From: Lama glama
Taxonomy: Eukaryota
Assembly: GCA_028534125.1 (NCBI GenBank)
Contig: CM052817.1
Span: forward strand, 75,890,001-75,954,000
DNA length: 64,000 nucleotides
Reading direction: 5' to 3'
In this document: one piece after another, positions 63,540-64,000 of the stretch
How positions within the stretch are numbered: the first letter of the stretch is position 1
Layout: each line of letters opens with the position of its first letter
The notes under the pieces: model-generated
The model's database searches: none
The model's input: only the letters and a program-made list of their open reading frames with translations
What the model was told of the DNA's origin: nothing
Position numbers and translations under genes: made by a program

Positions 63540-63832
63540 ACAGGAGAGATAGCCACTCCTTATATCATCACATCCTACTAATATAATTTCTTCAAAGAAG
63601 TCTTTGTTTTATACTCCAAATCAAATTGCTCTCTGCCCCCATGTGACATTACAGTATACCACAGAAACTTTCATTATGGCATGCTAACATTTTATTTAAC
63701 TTTATTACTACATGCTTTTTAACTATGTATCTCTTAGATACAAAAGATAAGCCTTCAAAGTATTTATTTCAACTTAAGTGGTCCATTGCATATTGAATGA
63801 ATGATGAAGTATTTGTTGAATAAATGAATGAG
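63540..63832 (+). mobile_element. L2 3' end
   Basis: Ends ...AAGTATTTGTTGAATAAATGAATGAGT, the canonical L2 tail. Confidence 0.65.
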
Positions 63833-64000
63833 TAGAGGAATAATTTCCGCTTATAGTTAGTAGAATAGGAGTGGGCTTCAAAAAACAAGAAGGCTTAGAT
63901 GGAACGCTCTACATTCATAAACGAAATTAAGAGAAAAGAGTGATTAATGTAGACAGGTACAACAAAGAATATGCACTGTCACTCCCAGTGTGGATTAGAC

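Overview
AT-rich, CpG-depleted mammalian (eutherian) genomic DNA that reads as a gene desert or a very large intron. I find no recognisable protein-coding gene, RNA gene, CRISPR array or prokaryote-type system. Much of the window is interspersed repeats: several ages of LINE-1, L2, L3/CR1, MIR, MaLR/ERVL/ERV1/ERVK-like solo LTRs, and hAT and Tigger DNA-transposon remnants. The youngest L1 3' ends look cetartiodactyl, most like camelid elements, and I see no ruminant, pig, cetacean, carnivore, primate or rodent SINEs, so a camelid source is inferred. The longer ORFs in the track are decayed L1 ORF2, repeat-derived or unrecognised. The features worth a second look are modest: young L1 insertions with intact target-site duplications, nested and abutting solo LTRs, a MER41-like LTR with STAT-like motifs, a captured segment inside an L1, a MITE hairpin, motif-dense unique segments (candidate enhancers or promoter), and a few well-signalled + strand small-exon candidates. 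Repeat family names come from my recall of consensus sequences, not from a database run.
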